This document shows, piece after piece, positions 1 through 8,852 of a stretch of 33,238 nt of DNA. The first letter of the stretch is position 1, and every line of letters starts with the position of its first letter. The notes below the pieces were generated by a model. It was not told the origin of the DNA and ran no database searches. It saw nothing but the letters and a program-made list of their open reading frames with translations. The position numbers and the translations under genes were made by a program. Source of the DNA: a phage; NCBI GenBank assembly GCA_018175035.1, contig GCA_018175035.1_4099.2. One strand, given 5' to 3'.

Positions 1-69
1 GTGGAGTACTTTGATGATGGTGATGATAGTATCTATATCGATCTAGATGACGATGACGACGATGAATAA
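1..69 (+). CDS. 3' end of an upstream gene (5'-partial); acidic Asp-rich C-terminus
   Basis: Frame-1 open from window edge to TAA at 67-69 (...DDGDDSIYIDLDDDDDDE*); terminator hairpin follows. Confidence 0.3.
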   Translation: MEYFDDGDDSIYIDLDDDDDDE

Positions 70-74
70 TGTAC

Positions 75-105
75 ATAGCCCGACATAAGTTCGGGCTATT
101 TTTGT
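75..105 (+). terminator. Rho-independent terminator
   Basis: Stem 75-83 / 91-99 (9 bp, core AGCCCGA/TCGGGCT), 7-nt loop, then TTTTT. Confidence 0.6.
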
Positions 106-115
106 AAGGGGATAT

Positions 116-391
116 ATGAATTATAAAGTTCTACAATATACATACAGTGTTTTGTTTGATTTACATCACAATGGAAGATATCTCAATACAATACGAGAAA
201 ACACATTCACTCATACTATCTGGATTAATCACTTAATAATGATACGTGAATATTTTGTTAATAGTGAGATAATCATTCGTGGTAAAAAACAGAAGATAGA
301 ACAAGTTAATAGTTTTGGTGGTAAATTAGTACTATCATTTATAGATAGTAATACTAATGAAAGATATAGTATAGATTTGGTGGACATATGA
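116..391 (+). CDS. Hypothetical small protein, paralog family A (N-terminal xxTYK motif)
   Basis: ATG with AAGGGG SD; N-terminus MNYKVLQYTYSVLFDL resembles neighbouring ORFs. Confidence 0.6.
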   Translation: MNYKVLQYTYSVLFDLHHNGRYLNTIRENTFTHTIWINHLIMIREYFVNSEIIIRGKKQKIEQVNSFGGKLVLSFIDSNTNERYSIDLVDI

Positions 392-654
392 ATTATAAAG
401 ATTTCCTACTAACATACAAGATTATTCGAGATTTAGCACACGACAATGATAGCCCTAGTCTAGAAGACACATGCACTGAAATGATTCATACGATTCGTGG
501 TAAGATTAAAAAAAAATTCAGTACTGTTATTATTGGTGATGACCATGCAGAATTTTCTGATATAATCATTAGACGTGATGGTAAAGTTGAGGTTCAGTAC
601 TACACTGATTTTGGATTTACCAGTATTCCGTTGGAGATATTCCCTTGGGATTAA
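388..654 (+). CDS. Hypothetical small protein, paralog family A
   Basis: ATGA overlap with upstream gene; N-terminus MNYKDFLLTYKIIRDL. Confidence 0.6.
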   Translation: MNYKDFLLTYKIIRDLAHDNDSPSLEDTCTEMIHTIRGKIKKKFSTVIIGDDHAEFSDIIIRRDGKVEVQYYTDFGFTSIPLEIFPWD

Positions 655-956
655 ATTTAAATGATATACAATTCACTTATAAGATCCTATATGATTTGTA
701 TGATGTATACCTTGTTAGTAACAAAATAGGTTCACATAACCCATACAAAGAACAACCATTTATTGATTTATATATTGAGTACTTAGATTCAGTAGGTGAA
801 TATATAAAAAAGAATTACAGTACTTTTATCGACGGAAATGATATATTCGAGTTCTCTGGAGTTAAATCATACAATGGGATTATCCATGTTGAATTTCTTG
901 AAATAACCGATAGGGGATTTATCGAGATTAAAGTTGTGAAGTTGGTGAATTTATAA
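645..956 (+). CDS. Hypothetical small protein, paralog family A
   Basis: TTG start (no in-frame ATG), GGAG 8 nt upstream; N-terminus ...DIQFTYKILYDL. Confidence 0.5.
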   Translation: MGLNLNDIQFTYKILYDLYDVYLVSNKIGSHNPYKEQPFIDLYIEYLDSVGEYIKKNYSTFIDGNDIFEFSGVKSYNGIIHVEFLEITDRGFIEIKVVKLVNL

Positions 957-966
957 GAGGTTACAT

Positions 967-1278
967 ATGTTATTAAATGATATACAATTCACATACAAAT
1001 TTTTGTATATCCAATACGCTACGGTTGATGCTGGAGAATATCTCTACGGTGAAATCTATCGTTCGGTATGGATAAAGTTTTTGGATGAATTACATGAATA
1101 TTACCATGATTTGTGTATAGTTCGTGATAATAAAATATACAAATTCCGCGATATTGTTAGTCATAGCGGTAAGCTACGATTGGAATTAAGTACTGATAGT
1201 GATGTTGATTGGATTGGTGTAAATTTACTGGAGTTGGAGAATGAAAAACAACTTAAAGGAAATACAAGTATTTTATAA
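967..1278 (+). CDS. Hypothetical small protein, paralog family A
   Basis: ATG with AGAGG SD; N-terminus MLLNDIQFTYKFLY. Confidence 0.6.
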   Translation: MLLNDIQFTYKFLYIQYATVDAGEYLYGEIYRSVWIKFLDELHEYYHDLCIVRDNKIYKFRDIVSHSGKLRLELSTDSDVDWIGVNLLELENEKQLKGNTSIL

Positions 1279-1525
1279 ATTCTTATACTTGTCATATGTA
1301 AAAGATGAGTACTATGAAAGTGTGTATTATTTTTTATGGCAACATTACCGTACTATAGTAAGAGATTTATATATAGGAAAATCTATCATATCCAATGGTG
1401 AAAAATGTATATGTACTGATGTTGTTAGTTTTAATGGTTCTTTAACACTGTGTTTCAGATGCGATAATAATAATGGGTCATTTTCATTAAACGTATATCA
1501 GTTAGAAGGAATAAATTTTGAATAA
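1241..1525 (+). CDS. Hypothetical small protein, paralog family A
   Basis: ATG with GGAGTTGGAGA SD; N-terminus ...EIQVFYKFLY, later LYIGKS; overlaps previous ORF by 38 nt. Confidence 0.55.
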   Translation: MKNNLKEIQVFYKFLYLSYVKDEYYESVYYFLWQHYRTIVRDLYIGKSIISNGEKCICTDVVSFNGSLTLCFRCDNNNGSFSLNVYQLEGINFE

Positions 1526-1718
1526 ATGTCCATATTGTAACAGTACTCAATTAGCTCGTTTCCGTTTAGATTCAGACTGGGCGACTGGTGCTGGTGATTT
1601 CTTCCCTATTAATGATGATGCAGAATACACCGAAGAACAGCACAAAGATTTTGATAAATCATGGCGACCTGACATTGAGTGCATTTATTGCCTTAATTGT
1701 GAGCGTGTTCATGACTAA
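1518..1718 (+). CDS. Small zinc-ribbon protein (CxxC...CxxC)
   Basis: TTG start with GAAGGA SD; CPYC near N-terminus and CLNC near C-terminus. Confidence 0.45.
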   Translation: MNKCPYCNSTQLARFRLDSDWATGAGDFFPINDDAEYTEEQHKDFDKSWRPDIECIYCLNCERVHD

Positions 1719-1974
1719 AGCTGAACTAATAGTTCATACATATAAAATGATATCAAGTACTGAGTTATCATATAGTGCAGATAATCCAGTACTAGATTAT
1801 TTTGTTGAATTATTGAAAGAGCATTATATTGGTAAATCACTGATTCTTAATAATATTAATTTCACGGTAAAGGATGTAGCACCTGGAAAAAACGTACTAA
1901 TAGTATGTGTTACTTCATCTGATAACCCAGTATACCCAATATCAATAATTTTTGAGATATTAGGAGATTTATGA
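1711..1974 (+). CDS. Hypothetical small protein, paralog family A
   Basis: Internal ATG 1711 of track ORF 1588..1974 chosen (the longer form would fully overlap the zinc-ribbon ORF); contains HTYK and HYIGKS motifs. Confidence 0.5.
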   Translation: MTKAELIVHTYKMISSTELSYSADNPVLDYFVELLKEHYIGKSLILNNINFTVKDVAPGKNVLIVCVTSSDNPVYPISIIFEILGDL

Positions 1975-2261
1975 ATATCATTTTAATGCAGAAAACATAT
2001 GCTATATTGGTGAAAGATTATTCCATTACTTTCGATTCACAAGAAAGTGCTCTACAGAACCTATACAAAAACGTAACACAAGAATACAGAAATATGTTTT
2101 CTGACTTAGTAGTAGGAAGGTATTTCAGTACTAGAAAATACCCAAAACTTCAAATAGTTGATGTTTCTTTTTATTTCAATGGTCATATTACTATTCATAG
2201 TTTAGACCAAGATTCAACAACGTACTTAAACTTTTCATTTGATGAGGTAACATTTTTATGA
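1971..2261 (+). CDS. Hypothetical small protein, paralog family A
   Basis: ATGA overlap; N-terminus MNIILMQKTYAILVKDY. Confidence 0.6.
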   Translation: MNIILMQKTYAILVKDYSITFDSQESALQNLYKNVTQEYRNMFSDLVVGRYFSTRKYPKLQIVDVSFYFNGHITIHSLDQDSTTYLNFSFDEVTFL

Positions 2262-2431
2262 GAACAGTATTTTTTATCTGGAGTCTTTTTTCATTGGCAG
2301 TACTGACAGTATGTGGGATTTGTTTACTTTCGACAATGAATGTCTGGTACATTAATTTACTATTCCCATTCGTAGGTGTAGGTTTAGGATTTACTTTACA
2401 TAGTGTTTGTAAGGATTTTAATGGCAAATAA
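2258..2431 (+). CDS. Small hydrophobic membrane protein (57 aa, two predicted TM segments); not in ORF track
   Basis: ATG 2258 overlapping upstream stop (ATGA); translation MRTVFFIWSLFSLAVLTVCGICLLSTMNVWYINLLFPFVGVGLGFTLHSVCKDFNGK*. Confidence 0.4.
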   Translation: MRTVFFIWSLFSLAVLTVCGICLLSTMNVWYINLLFPFVGVGLGFTLHSVCKDFNGK

Positions 2432-2705
2432 ATCGAATGAAGTACTTGTTGCTGAAACAATGAAGATGGTTTATGCCATAACAACTAGTAATGATTTGTC
2501 TTACCCAATTAAGTCCAAGTTGAGGGATATAACTCTTCAGGTTATACAGCAGTACTACAAATCTAAACACAAAAGTATTATTAATGTTTATCGTGACTAT
2601 GAAAGGATTCGCATTTTGTTCTGGAACAAGAATCGAGTTCGTTCGGAATGTGATATAGAAAACTTTAAATTTGAGAATCTTTATTGTTACAAAGCGGGAC
2701 AATAG
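2421..2705 (+). CDS. Hypothetical protein
   Basis: First ATG (MANKSNEV...) inside track ORF 2403..2705, which starts at GTG. Confidence 0.5.
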   Translation: MANKSNEVLVAETMKMVYAITTSNDLSYPIKSKLRDITLQVIQQYYKSKHKSIINVYRDYERIRILFWNKNRVRSECDIENFKFENLYCYKAGQ

Positions 2706-2723
2706 CTCAAGTAGTGATATAAT
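2694..2723 (+). promoter_or_regulatory. Sigma70-like promoter with extended -10 (GTGATATAAT), weak -35
   Basis: TGaTATAAT at 2715-2723; -35 position reads CGGGAC; same 10-mer recurs at 11433 and 19136. Confidence 0.35.
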
Positions 2724-2763
2724 ATTGGATGAGGAACAATAACTAACACAAGGAGTGTGTAAA

Positions 2764-3687
2764 GTGCCAAGTAAAAAGCCAGATTCTGAAGTATTCAGAC
2801 TGGTTGATGAAAAATTGAGTTCAATTGGTTCATCGGTAAAAATGGATAGAACAACATACACTACTATATCAAACAAATCAACTTTTTTCTGTGATGAATG
2901 TGGGTTTAGTAAAAATATCATAGTTAGGAATGTGTACAAAAATGGAATATTTTGTCACTGTCCCACATTTAAAACTTTATATAATAAATTGGGTGAAATT
3001 AATTCAAAATTAAAATTAGATATTTCCACATTCACAACTACAAAAAACAAATCTAGATTTTATTGTGACGATTGTGCGTTTGAAAGATATATGACGGTGC
3101 ATGATGTTAAGTCTAGAGGTTCATATTGTAAATGTCATTCATCATATTGTATGCCGTTAGATATCGACGAAGCATATAACACTATTATGAATAAAATAAA
3201 AGATTACTCAAATACAATATATATGGATAAATCTACATACCGTGGTACACAATATAAGGTTAGATTTTATTGTACAGCGTGTAATTTTGACAAATATATT
3301 AATTATAGTAGAGTTAAATGTGGATCTCTTAACTGCAATTGTATCAGACCAATCCCAGAAGAAAGTAAATTATATATTTTAGGAATATATGAACAAAATA
3401 TTTTAATAAAATATAAAGTTGGTATTTCTACAAAGATTGATAAATCAAGACTAATTAGTATTAGGTCAAAAACTAATTTTATAGTAGAGGAATTATATTA
3501 TTTTACTGGAAATACCGAAGTTATTAAAAGTGTAGAATATAATATTTTAAATCTGCTTAAAAATAGTAGTAAATTGCCAAAGGATTATTTTGGTGATGGG
3601 TATACTGAAACATTTGATTTACAAGACATAAATCTTGTTATTGATTATGTATGTAAATGTTTACTCGAAAATAAATTAAAAATATGA
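2764..3687 (+). CDS. Cys-rich protein with three zinc-ribbon-like repeats and a C-terminal T5orf172/GIY-YIG-like domain (tentative)
   Basis: GTG start 8 nt after AGGAG (track start 2755 is also GTG); three repeats of (R)F(F/Y)C(D/T)xC...C(H/K/N)C; C-terminus YILGIY...KVGIS...GDGYTETFDL. Confidence 0.55.
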   Translation: MPSKKPDSEVFRLVDEKLSSIGSSVKMDRTTYTTISNKSTFFCDECGFSKNIIVRNVYKNGIFCHCPTFKTLYNKLGEINSKLKLDISTFTTTKNKSRFYCDDCAFERYMTVHDVKSRGSYCKCHSSYCMPLDIDEAYNTIMNKIKDYSNTIYMDKSTYRGTQYKVRFYCTACNFDKYINYSRVKCGSLNCNCIRPIPEESKLYILGIYEQNILIKYKVGISTKIDKSRLISIRSKTNFIVEELYYFTGNTEVIKSVEYNILNLLKNSSKLPKDYFGDGYTETFDLQDINLVIDYVCKCLLENKLKI

Positions 3688-3712
3688 AAATCATAAACAC
3701 AAGGAATGTGAA

Positions 3713-4441
3713 ATGATAGATAATATAAAATTTGCAACAGAAATGGCGAATCAACTCAATATTGCAAATTTCCAAATGTTAACATCTGTTATGGCTGAAC
3801 ATGCTGCGGCATATTCATCTAGCGGTATACAATGTGGACAAGCTAACATGTTAGCTGATGTTTATAGTGAAGTTCAAAGCAAACAATATAGCGTAAAGAC
3901 ATACAAGGATAAGTTCGTAAGTCTTTATATGAATGAAGATATTTCAGAAGACCGCAAATTCACCGATTTTATTATTGAACGCCGTATTAGTGGGGTTTCA
4001 GACCCAAATGCAGCAAGTGATATTGTATTCGATGAGGTATTAAAAGATATATATGAAAATGAATTGAAAAGTAAGAATCATTACAATGTACGTGAAACTA
4101 ACACAGTGCTAGTTGGATATGATGAAGACGACCAATATTTCTATTTTCGTATAACAGAAGTTCCATTTGAATATAAAAAACCATCCACTACATCGGTAAA
4201 AGAATTCACTGAGAAGAGTAAAAACTTCAAGAAACACGAAGGAAACCGTTGTAGTATTAATGGTTATGATGAAAATGGTGTTCATGTTTATGAATGGGTT
4301 TCACCTAATTGCCAAACATACACTCGTTGCTTGAAAAAACGTTATAATTTAGAAGAGCATGAATCATTCTATTTTAAAGTTAAGAAGCAAGGTTACACTC
4401 GCCCCGCCGATTCTGAATTGATGGGTATGATATATTTCTAA
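3713..4441 (+). CDS. Hypothetical protein
   Basis: ATG with AAGGA SD; 242-aa ORF. Confidence 0.65.
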   Translation: MIDNIKFATEMANQLNIANFQMLTSVMAEHAAAYSSSGIQCGQANMLADVYSEVQSKQYSVKTYKDKFVSLYMNEDISEDRKFTDFIIERRISGVSDPNAASDIVFDEVLKDIYENELKSKNHYNVRETNTVLVGYDEDDQYFYFRITEVPFEYKKPSTTSVKEFTEKSKNFKKHEGNRCSINGYDENGVHVYEWVSPNCQTYTRCLKKRYNLEEHESFYFKVKKQGYTRPADSELMGMIYF

Positions 4442-4451
4442 GGAAACTTCT

Positions 4452-4733
4452 ATGGATTTTTATCTACACACATGGACATACGAACAATATATTACATTAT
4501 ATCTTGAAATTATTAACACAGAACCTAGGTGTGGTTGTTGGTTCGCAGATATCATAAAAGAGTATGCTGACGAGTTCGAGTTTGTGTATCTTGGGTCTGA
4601 TATATTTGTAAAAAGTGTAGGTAAAACCGGACGAATCACTGATATAGATTACGACACTGTTAGTGTGAATTTCTATGTTGATTTTCCTGATGCTGGCGTT
4701 GATGGTGTATATTGTCTATATGAAATAATTTAA
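4452..4733 (+). CDS. Hypothetical protein
   Basis: ATG with AGGAAA SD; followed by terminator. Confidence 0.6.
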   Translation: MDFYLHTWTYEQYITLYLEIINTEPRCGCWFADIIKEYADEFEFVYLGSDIFVKSVGKTGRITDIDYDTVSVNFYVDFPDAGVDGVYCLYEII

Positions 4734-4740
4734 ATTTTAA

Positions 4741-4764
4741 GGCCAGCGTTTGCTGGTCTTTTTT
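4741..4764 (+). terminator. Rho-independent terminator
   Basis: Stem GGCCAGC / GCTGGTC (7 bp incl. one G-U), loop GTTT, then TTTTTT. Confidence 0.6.
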
Positions 4765-4777
4765 CGCAGGTACAAAG

Positions 4778-5080
4778 ATGCTCAGTATAGATTTAATTAA
4801 CAGTACTATCAAAATGTTGGCTGATTTGGTGAGACAATCAAATGGAACTTTATATTCTGCAATGTATAAAATGTTTGACCGATATATCAAGGATTGTAAC
4901 ATATCATTATATGGACTTGCTGTTGATATAGACGATTACTATGGAATTAATACTTCATATAAAACAGGAATTTTAATTGGTATTAATATAAAGATGGGGT
5001 ATTTCCCTTATTACTGTATAGGATTACCAGATAATACTTTGGTAGAATATCCAGCCAGTACTATTAAATTAAGAGGATAA
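4778..5080 (+). CDS. Hypothetical protein
   Basis: ATG ORF, 100 aa. Confidence 0.5.
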   Translation: MLSIDLINSTIKMLADLVRQSNGTLYSAMYKMFDRYIKDCNISLYGLAVDIDDYYGINTSYKTGILIGINIKMGYFPYYCIGLPDNTLVEYPASTIKLRG

Positions 5081-5087
5081 AACTAAA

Positions 5088-5666
5088 ATGAATGTATTAG
5101 AATTAAGTACTAAGCTGATTAGTATGCGTAATGAGTGGTACGATTGGTTTTATAATGGTACTGATATGGATTTTTCAAAATATCCATTTATGGAATCAGG
5201 ATGTGATGCAAGATACCGCTGGTTGAGCAAAGATTGTTCTGGTTTACATATTCTAGTTGACGATAGTGGTCAGGGAATTATAAAAGATTTACTTCAAGTT
5301 GAACAACTCGTCCATGATAATTGGTGTGATAACGATCCATACCTTGGAAATATGATTTATGTAAGTGAAGATGATTGCATATTCGTTATCCAGCGTCATG
5401 GTAATTCTATGTTTTATGTAGCAGACAGCAGTACTCCAGAAGGTGCAGCAGCCGATGGTCTTATGCCTAAGATTGATATATTGGAATTTGGATTACCTGA
5501 GCACTTCCAGATTAGTACTTTATACGATATTCCACCACTTGAGTTCTTTGAAGAATTTAAATTGTACTACAATGATCTTCAAAAATTGAGTACTGATCGA
5601 CGCATTGAAATAACTGTTAAGTACATGGACGGAACGAAATTAACTGATACGGGGATAGAATTTTGA
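5088..5666 (+). CDS. Hypothetical protein
   Basis: ATG with AAGAGGA SD; 192 aa. Confidence 0.65.
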   Translation: MNVLELSTKLISMRNEWYDWFYNGTDMDFSKYPFMESGCDARYRWLSKDCSGLHILVDDSGQGIIKDLLQVEQLVHDNWCDNDPYLGNMIYVSEDDCIFVIQRHGNSMFYVADSSTPEGAAADGLMPKIDILEFGLPEHFQISTLYDIPPLEFFEEFKLYYNDLQKLSTDRRIEITVKYMDGTKLTDTGIEF

Positions 5667-6352
5667 TTAAAGATTTAGATAGAATTTTATATGTACTAAG
5701 GGGTGTAATTACATTACATCCACAAATCAATCGAATTGAAAGTACATTTCAGTTGGAGTCAAGAGAAACTCCATATTCACATATATCAAATGTAGTTGGT
5801 TCACTCAGTACTGAAGACTCGCCTTACGATATTTGTGTATGTGAAGTACAACCAAGTTCGGATCTTGGATTTGCTATTTTTGATAAAAATCAAAATCTCA
5901 TTAGTATGTTTCAGTGCAATAATCCTTTTTGGAAAACATGCCTGTATCCAGAGTGGGCGATGCTTGATCCAACCAAGAGTACCATTAAAGTTTATGACTC
6001 TAAAAATGATGAAGTCGTTATTGATTTGGATGAGTCAATGTCAGAGGAAGAACACTTTCAGCTAATGATGATGCGTGCTATGCCTGAGTACAATGCAATG
6101 ATTAACACTGTGCAATACATTAAGGATACTATGCCATCATTGCGTACACATGAGTTTTGTCATCCTGTATTGTATGAACATTTGGATTTAGATTTCAGTA
6201 CTATTAAATTTAAAGATAGTGTTATTAGATATATCCAAGAGGTTACTAAATTTGATTTTATTAGTACTATGAACAATAATCCAAAAACTAATTTTAGGCA
6301 TCAGTACAATGAATCTTTGTCCGGTGGACGCGATACAAGTTGGTGGAAATAA
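5663..6352 (+). CDS. Hypothetical protein
   Basis: TTG start overlapping upstream stop, GGGGA SD 8 nt upstream; 229 aa. Confidence 0.55.
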   Translation: MIKDLDRILYVLRGVITLHPQINRIESTFQLESRETPYSHISNVVGSLSTEDSPYDICVCEVQPSSDLGFAIFDKNQNLISMFQCNNPFWKTCLYPEWAMLDPTKSTIKVYDSKNDEVVIDLDESMSEEEHFQLMMMRAMPEYNAMINTVQYIKDTMPSLRTHEFCHPVLYEHLDLDFSTIKFKDSVIRYIQEVTKFDFISTMNNNPKTNFRHQYNESLSGGRDTSWWK

Positions 6353-6353
6353 T

Positions 6354-6617
6354 ATGAATATTAAAGATAGATTACAATTACTATACACTATTGAACAGGC
6401 TGCTTTTGAACTTGTTAATAAAATCTCCGAAGAACTTCCCAAAGGAACTATAGTTCGTGTAATTGAGAGGGATTATGAATCTGGAGAAATTGAAGAACTA
6501 GTACTAACCGTGAATAAAGTAACATACTATGAATCTGAGTTGGCTATCCAATGTATATCGGAAGATGGTAAAATATACTATTATGACACTGGTGTAGATA
6601 TAGAGGTAATAAAATGA
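6354..6617 (+). CDS. Hypothetical small protein
   Basis: ATG 6354 directly after upstream TAA, GGTGGAAA upstream; track start 6309 would overlap upstream gene by 44 nt. Confidence 0.5.
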   Translation: MNIKDRLQLLYTIEQAAFELVNKISEELPKGTIVRVIERDYESGEIEELVLTVNKVTYYESELAIQCISEDGKIYYYDTGVDIEVIK

Positions 6618-7756
6618 CCCTTTTACAAATATATGAAGATTTAATGCACTTATGTAATACAAACGATGCGTTTTTTTATGTGGATCATAAAAGTCCTGCT
6701 GGTGGTACGTATCGTGTATTCAGTTATCGTCTAGCATCATACACTGATTTCATGCAACCAAATGCGTTGGAAACCCGTGGCTCTATGTGGGAAATTGATG
6801 AAGAAGGTGACATGATACGTTGTGCAGCACGTACAATGAAAAAGTTCTTCAATGCTTACGAGAATCCTGCTACAATGTTCCCTGCTAACACCACATGCGA
6901 TGACATTGCGGTAGTGATGCCTAAGTTGGATGGTTCGATTATCAGTACTTATCGTGATAATGATGGTGAGATTCGTTGTAAATCACATACTGCATTGTAT
7001 TCTGACCATGCGATTAACAGTACTCGACTTATTAACGAGAACCAGAATTTGTACCAGTACATCGACGAAGCGGAACGTTTAGGTTACACAGTTAATATGG
7101 AGTATACAAGCCCAGAGTACCGAATTGTATTACCATATCAGGTAGAACAACTGTTTGTACTGAACGTTCGACATCGTGTGAGTGGTGAGTTGCTATGTGG
7201 TAAAGCACTACGTGATAAGTTTCCATGTCTTGCACAGTACAGTACTAATATGACTGGAAAAGATATTCATCACACTTTTCCGGTACGAAATACCTTCCGT
7301 GAAAGCGTGGAGGAAGTTCATAAAATGCTTGATATTGAGGGTTTTGTGTGCATCCTAAATAATGGGACAATGTGTAAAATAAAGACTGACTGGTACAGTT
7401 CATTACATCTTACAAAAGATAGTATTATTATTGATTCTCATTTATATGAAGCAGTATTAAATGGTTCAAGTGATGATTTAAAACAATTGTTCAGTACTGA
7501 TGAATATGCTATGCAAAAGATATTAAGAATGGAACAATTGGTATTTTCGTGCTATAATGCATTACAAGATGAAGTAGAAAGCTTCGTCAAGGAACACAAG
7601 CACTTGGAGCGAAAGGAATTCGCAATGAAGGTTCAGGAGTGTTTAACTAATGAACTGAATCGTCAGGGCTTGGCCTTTGCAATGTATAACAATAAGAAAG
7701 TTGATTACAAAGAGACTCTTATAAAATACATGAAAATTGTACTAAAGGATTTTTAG
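6614..7756 (+). CDS. rnlA: RNA ligase 1 (T4 Rnl1 / gp63 family)
   Basis: N-terminal region closely resembles T4 Rnl1 as I recall it (FFY..D...G.TYR.FSY..ASY.D...P.ALE.RG...E.D....R...R.M.KFFN..ENP.TM); KxDGS nucleotidyl-lysine motif (PKLDGS); ~380 aa. Confidence 0.9.
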   Translation: MTLLQIYEDLMHLCNTNDAFFYVDHKSPAGGTYRVFSYRLASYTDFMQPNALETRGSMWEIDEEGDMIRCAARTMKKFFNAYENPATMFPANTTCDDIAVVMPKLDGSIISTYRDNDGEIRCKSHTALYSDHAINSTRLINENQNLYQYIDEAERLGYTVNMEYTSPEYRIVLPYQVEQLFVLNVRHRVSGELLCGKALRDKFPCLAQYSTNMTGKDIHHTFPVRNTFRESVEEVHKMLDIEGFVCILNNGTMCKIKTDWYSSLHLTKDSIIIDSHLYEAVLNGSSDDLKQLFSTDEYAMQKILRMEQLVFSCYNALQDEVESFVKEHKHLERKEFAMKVQECLTNELNRQGLAFAMYNNKKVDYKETLIKYMKIVLKDF

Positions 7757-7786
7757 TACTATCTAGCCTAAGCACAAGGAGAAGTG

Positions 7787-8041
7787 ATGGCTAAACCTAA
7801 GTATAAAAATGACGGTTCCCTTTCTCCGACTGAGTTCAGGAAAATACAAGAAGAAATCGATGAATTACAGCACAAACGCTCAATGAAAGGTGTGAAGATA
7901 AGTAAGAAACGAATCGAGAATACCTTCGGATGTAGTAGTACTGAATACAAGAAGAAAAGGAAACCAAAAGGTGTTAAGCCGAGAATACATGATGTAACTC
8001 GCTATACATCGAAACGTGAAAATAAATTTGATCCACTATAA
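7787..8041 (+). CDS. Small highly basic (Lys/Arg-rich) protein, possible nucleic-acid binding
   Basis: ATG 5 nt after AAGGAG; track start 7784 is GTG. Confidence 0.55.
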   Translation: MAKPKYKNDGSLSPTEFRKIQEEIDELQHKRSMKGVKISKKRIENTFGCSSTEYKKKRKPKGVKPRIHDVTRYTSKRENKFDPL

Positions 8042-8050
8042 GGAGTTCAT

Positions 8051-8281
8051 ATGAAAGTTGAAGTTCAGCATAGTATTGTTCAGGATATGTCAGTAGTTAA
8101 ATTTCTTTCTCTGAAAGATTACTTCAGATGTATCAAGTTCCTAGAAGAATCTCAATTACAGTGGACCCCATTAAAGTACAGTTCATCCAATGATACTGCT
8201 AGTATTCGTTGTGATGAATCTGTACTTGTGAAAATCTCCAAGCGATTTGGAGTAGGAAAAGTTAATGAGCACAGTAAGTGA
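8051..8281 (+). CDS. Hypothetical small protein
   Basis: ATG with GGAG SD. Confidence 0.55.
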   Translation: MKVEVQHSIVQDMSVVKFLSLKDYFRCIKFLEESQLQWTPLKYSSSNDTASIRCDESVLVKISKRFGVGKVNEHSK

Positions 8282-8519
8282 CCTAAAATACTACAACAAA
8301 ACTGCGGATACGTTTATTACTCATTTATATGAAGAATTTAGTCGTATCCGTAAGGAATATACAGGTAAATGTATTTTATATAGTTCTTATCATAGTGGTG
8401 GAATTGAAAGTGCTTACATTACTAAAGTGAAGTTTTCTGATGACTATCAATTACTCTTTGAATTAGATGATTGTTTCGTTATTGAAGCTTGTTTGATAGT
8501 GGATGTTCTAGATAATTGA
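8265..8519 (+). CDS. Hypothetical small protein (paralog family B-like, YTGKCILY)
   Basis: ATG ORF overlapping upstream gene by 17 nt. Confidence 0.5.
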   Translation: MSTVSDLKYYNKTADTFITHLYEEFSRIRKEYTGKCILYSSYHSGGIESAYITKVKFSDDYQLLFELDDCFVIEACLIVDVLDN

Positions 8520-8525
8520 GGACAT

Positions 8526-8840
8526 ATGAATAAAGAACTTGTATTTGAGAGGATCGAAAAGTTAAAGTACATTGAAAAGGAACTAATAGAATCTGTCGAA
8601 TCAATGGTCGAAGATTACGTTTTCGATTTTAAGAAAACATTGATTGGATGTAAAGTTAAATGCTGGGATCATACAATCAGAGAATGGTTCAGTACTATAA
8701 TTCTTGATGTTAAAGTATCGCGTACTGCTATTGGTAATTTAGTAAATGGTGAATGCTTTGTATACACTGAATACAATAACGGAACAAGAAACCTTTCAAG
8801 AGGATGGCACAAACTCGAAGATGTAGAATTCATTGAGTAA
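8526..8840 (+). CDS. Hypothetical small protein (paralog family B-like, LIGCKVKCWD)
   Basis: ATG with GAGGA SD. Confidence 0.55.
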   Translation: MNKELVFERIEKLKYIEKELIESVESMVEDYVFDFKKTLIGCKVKCWDHTIREWFSTIILDVKVSRTAIGNLVNGECFVYTEYNNGTRNLSRGWHKLEDVEFIE

Positions 8841-8852
8841 CAAGGAGTAATA

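Noticed and set aside
1588-1974. Long form of ORF 1588..1974 (128 aa)
   Set aside because: Its first 41 codons fully overlap the zinc-ribbon ORF 1518..1718 in another frame; the internal ATG at 1711 gives a protein matching the paralog-family N-terminus.
2418-2939. Minus-strand ORFs from the track (e.g. 2191..2484, 2418..2939, 9366..9719, 11928..12221, 15641..15922, 17660..17917, 19593..19844, 25755..26021, 27690..27956)
   Set aside because: They lie antisense inside well-supported + strand genes, lack Shine-Dalgarno motifs, and have the low-complexity composition expected from the reverse complement of AT-rich coding DNA.
5796-6065. Alternative-frame + strand ORFs nested in larger genes (5796..6065, 9046..9249, 9277..9531, 15903..16106, 18117..18335, 31172..31387)
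   Set aside because: They are embedded in longer ORFs with recognisable domains or better start context.
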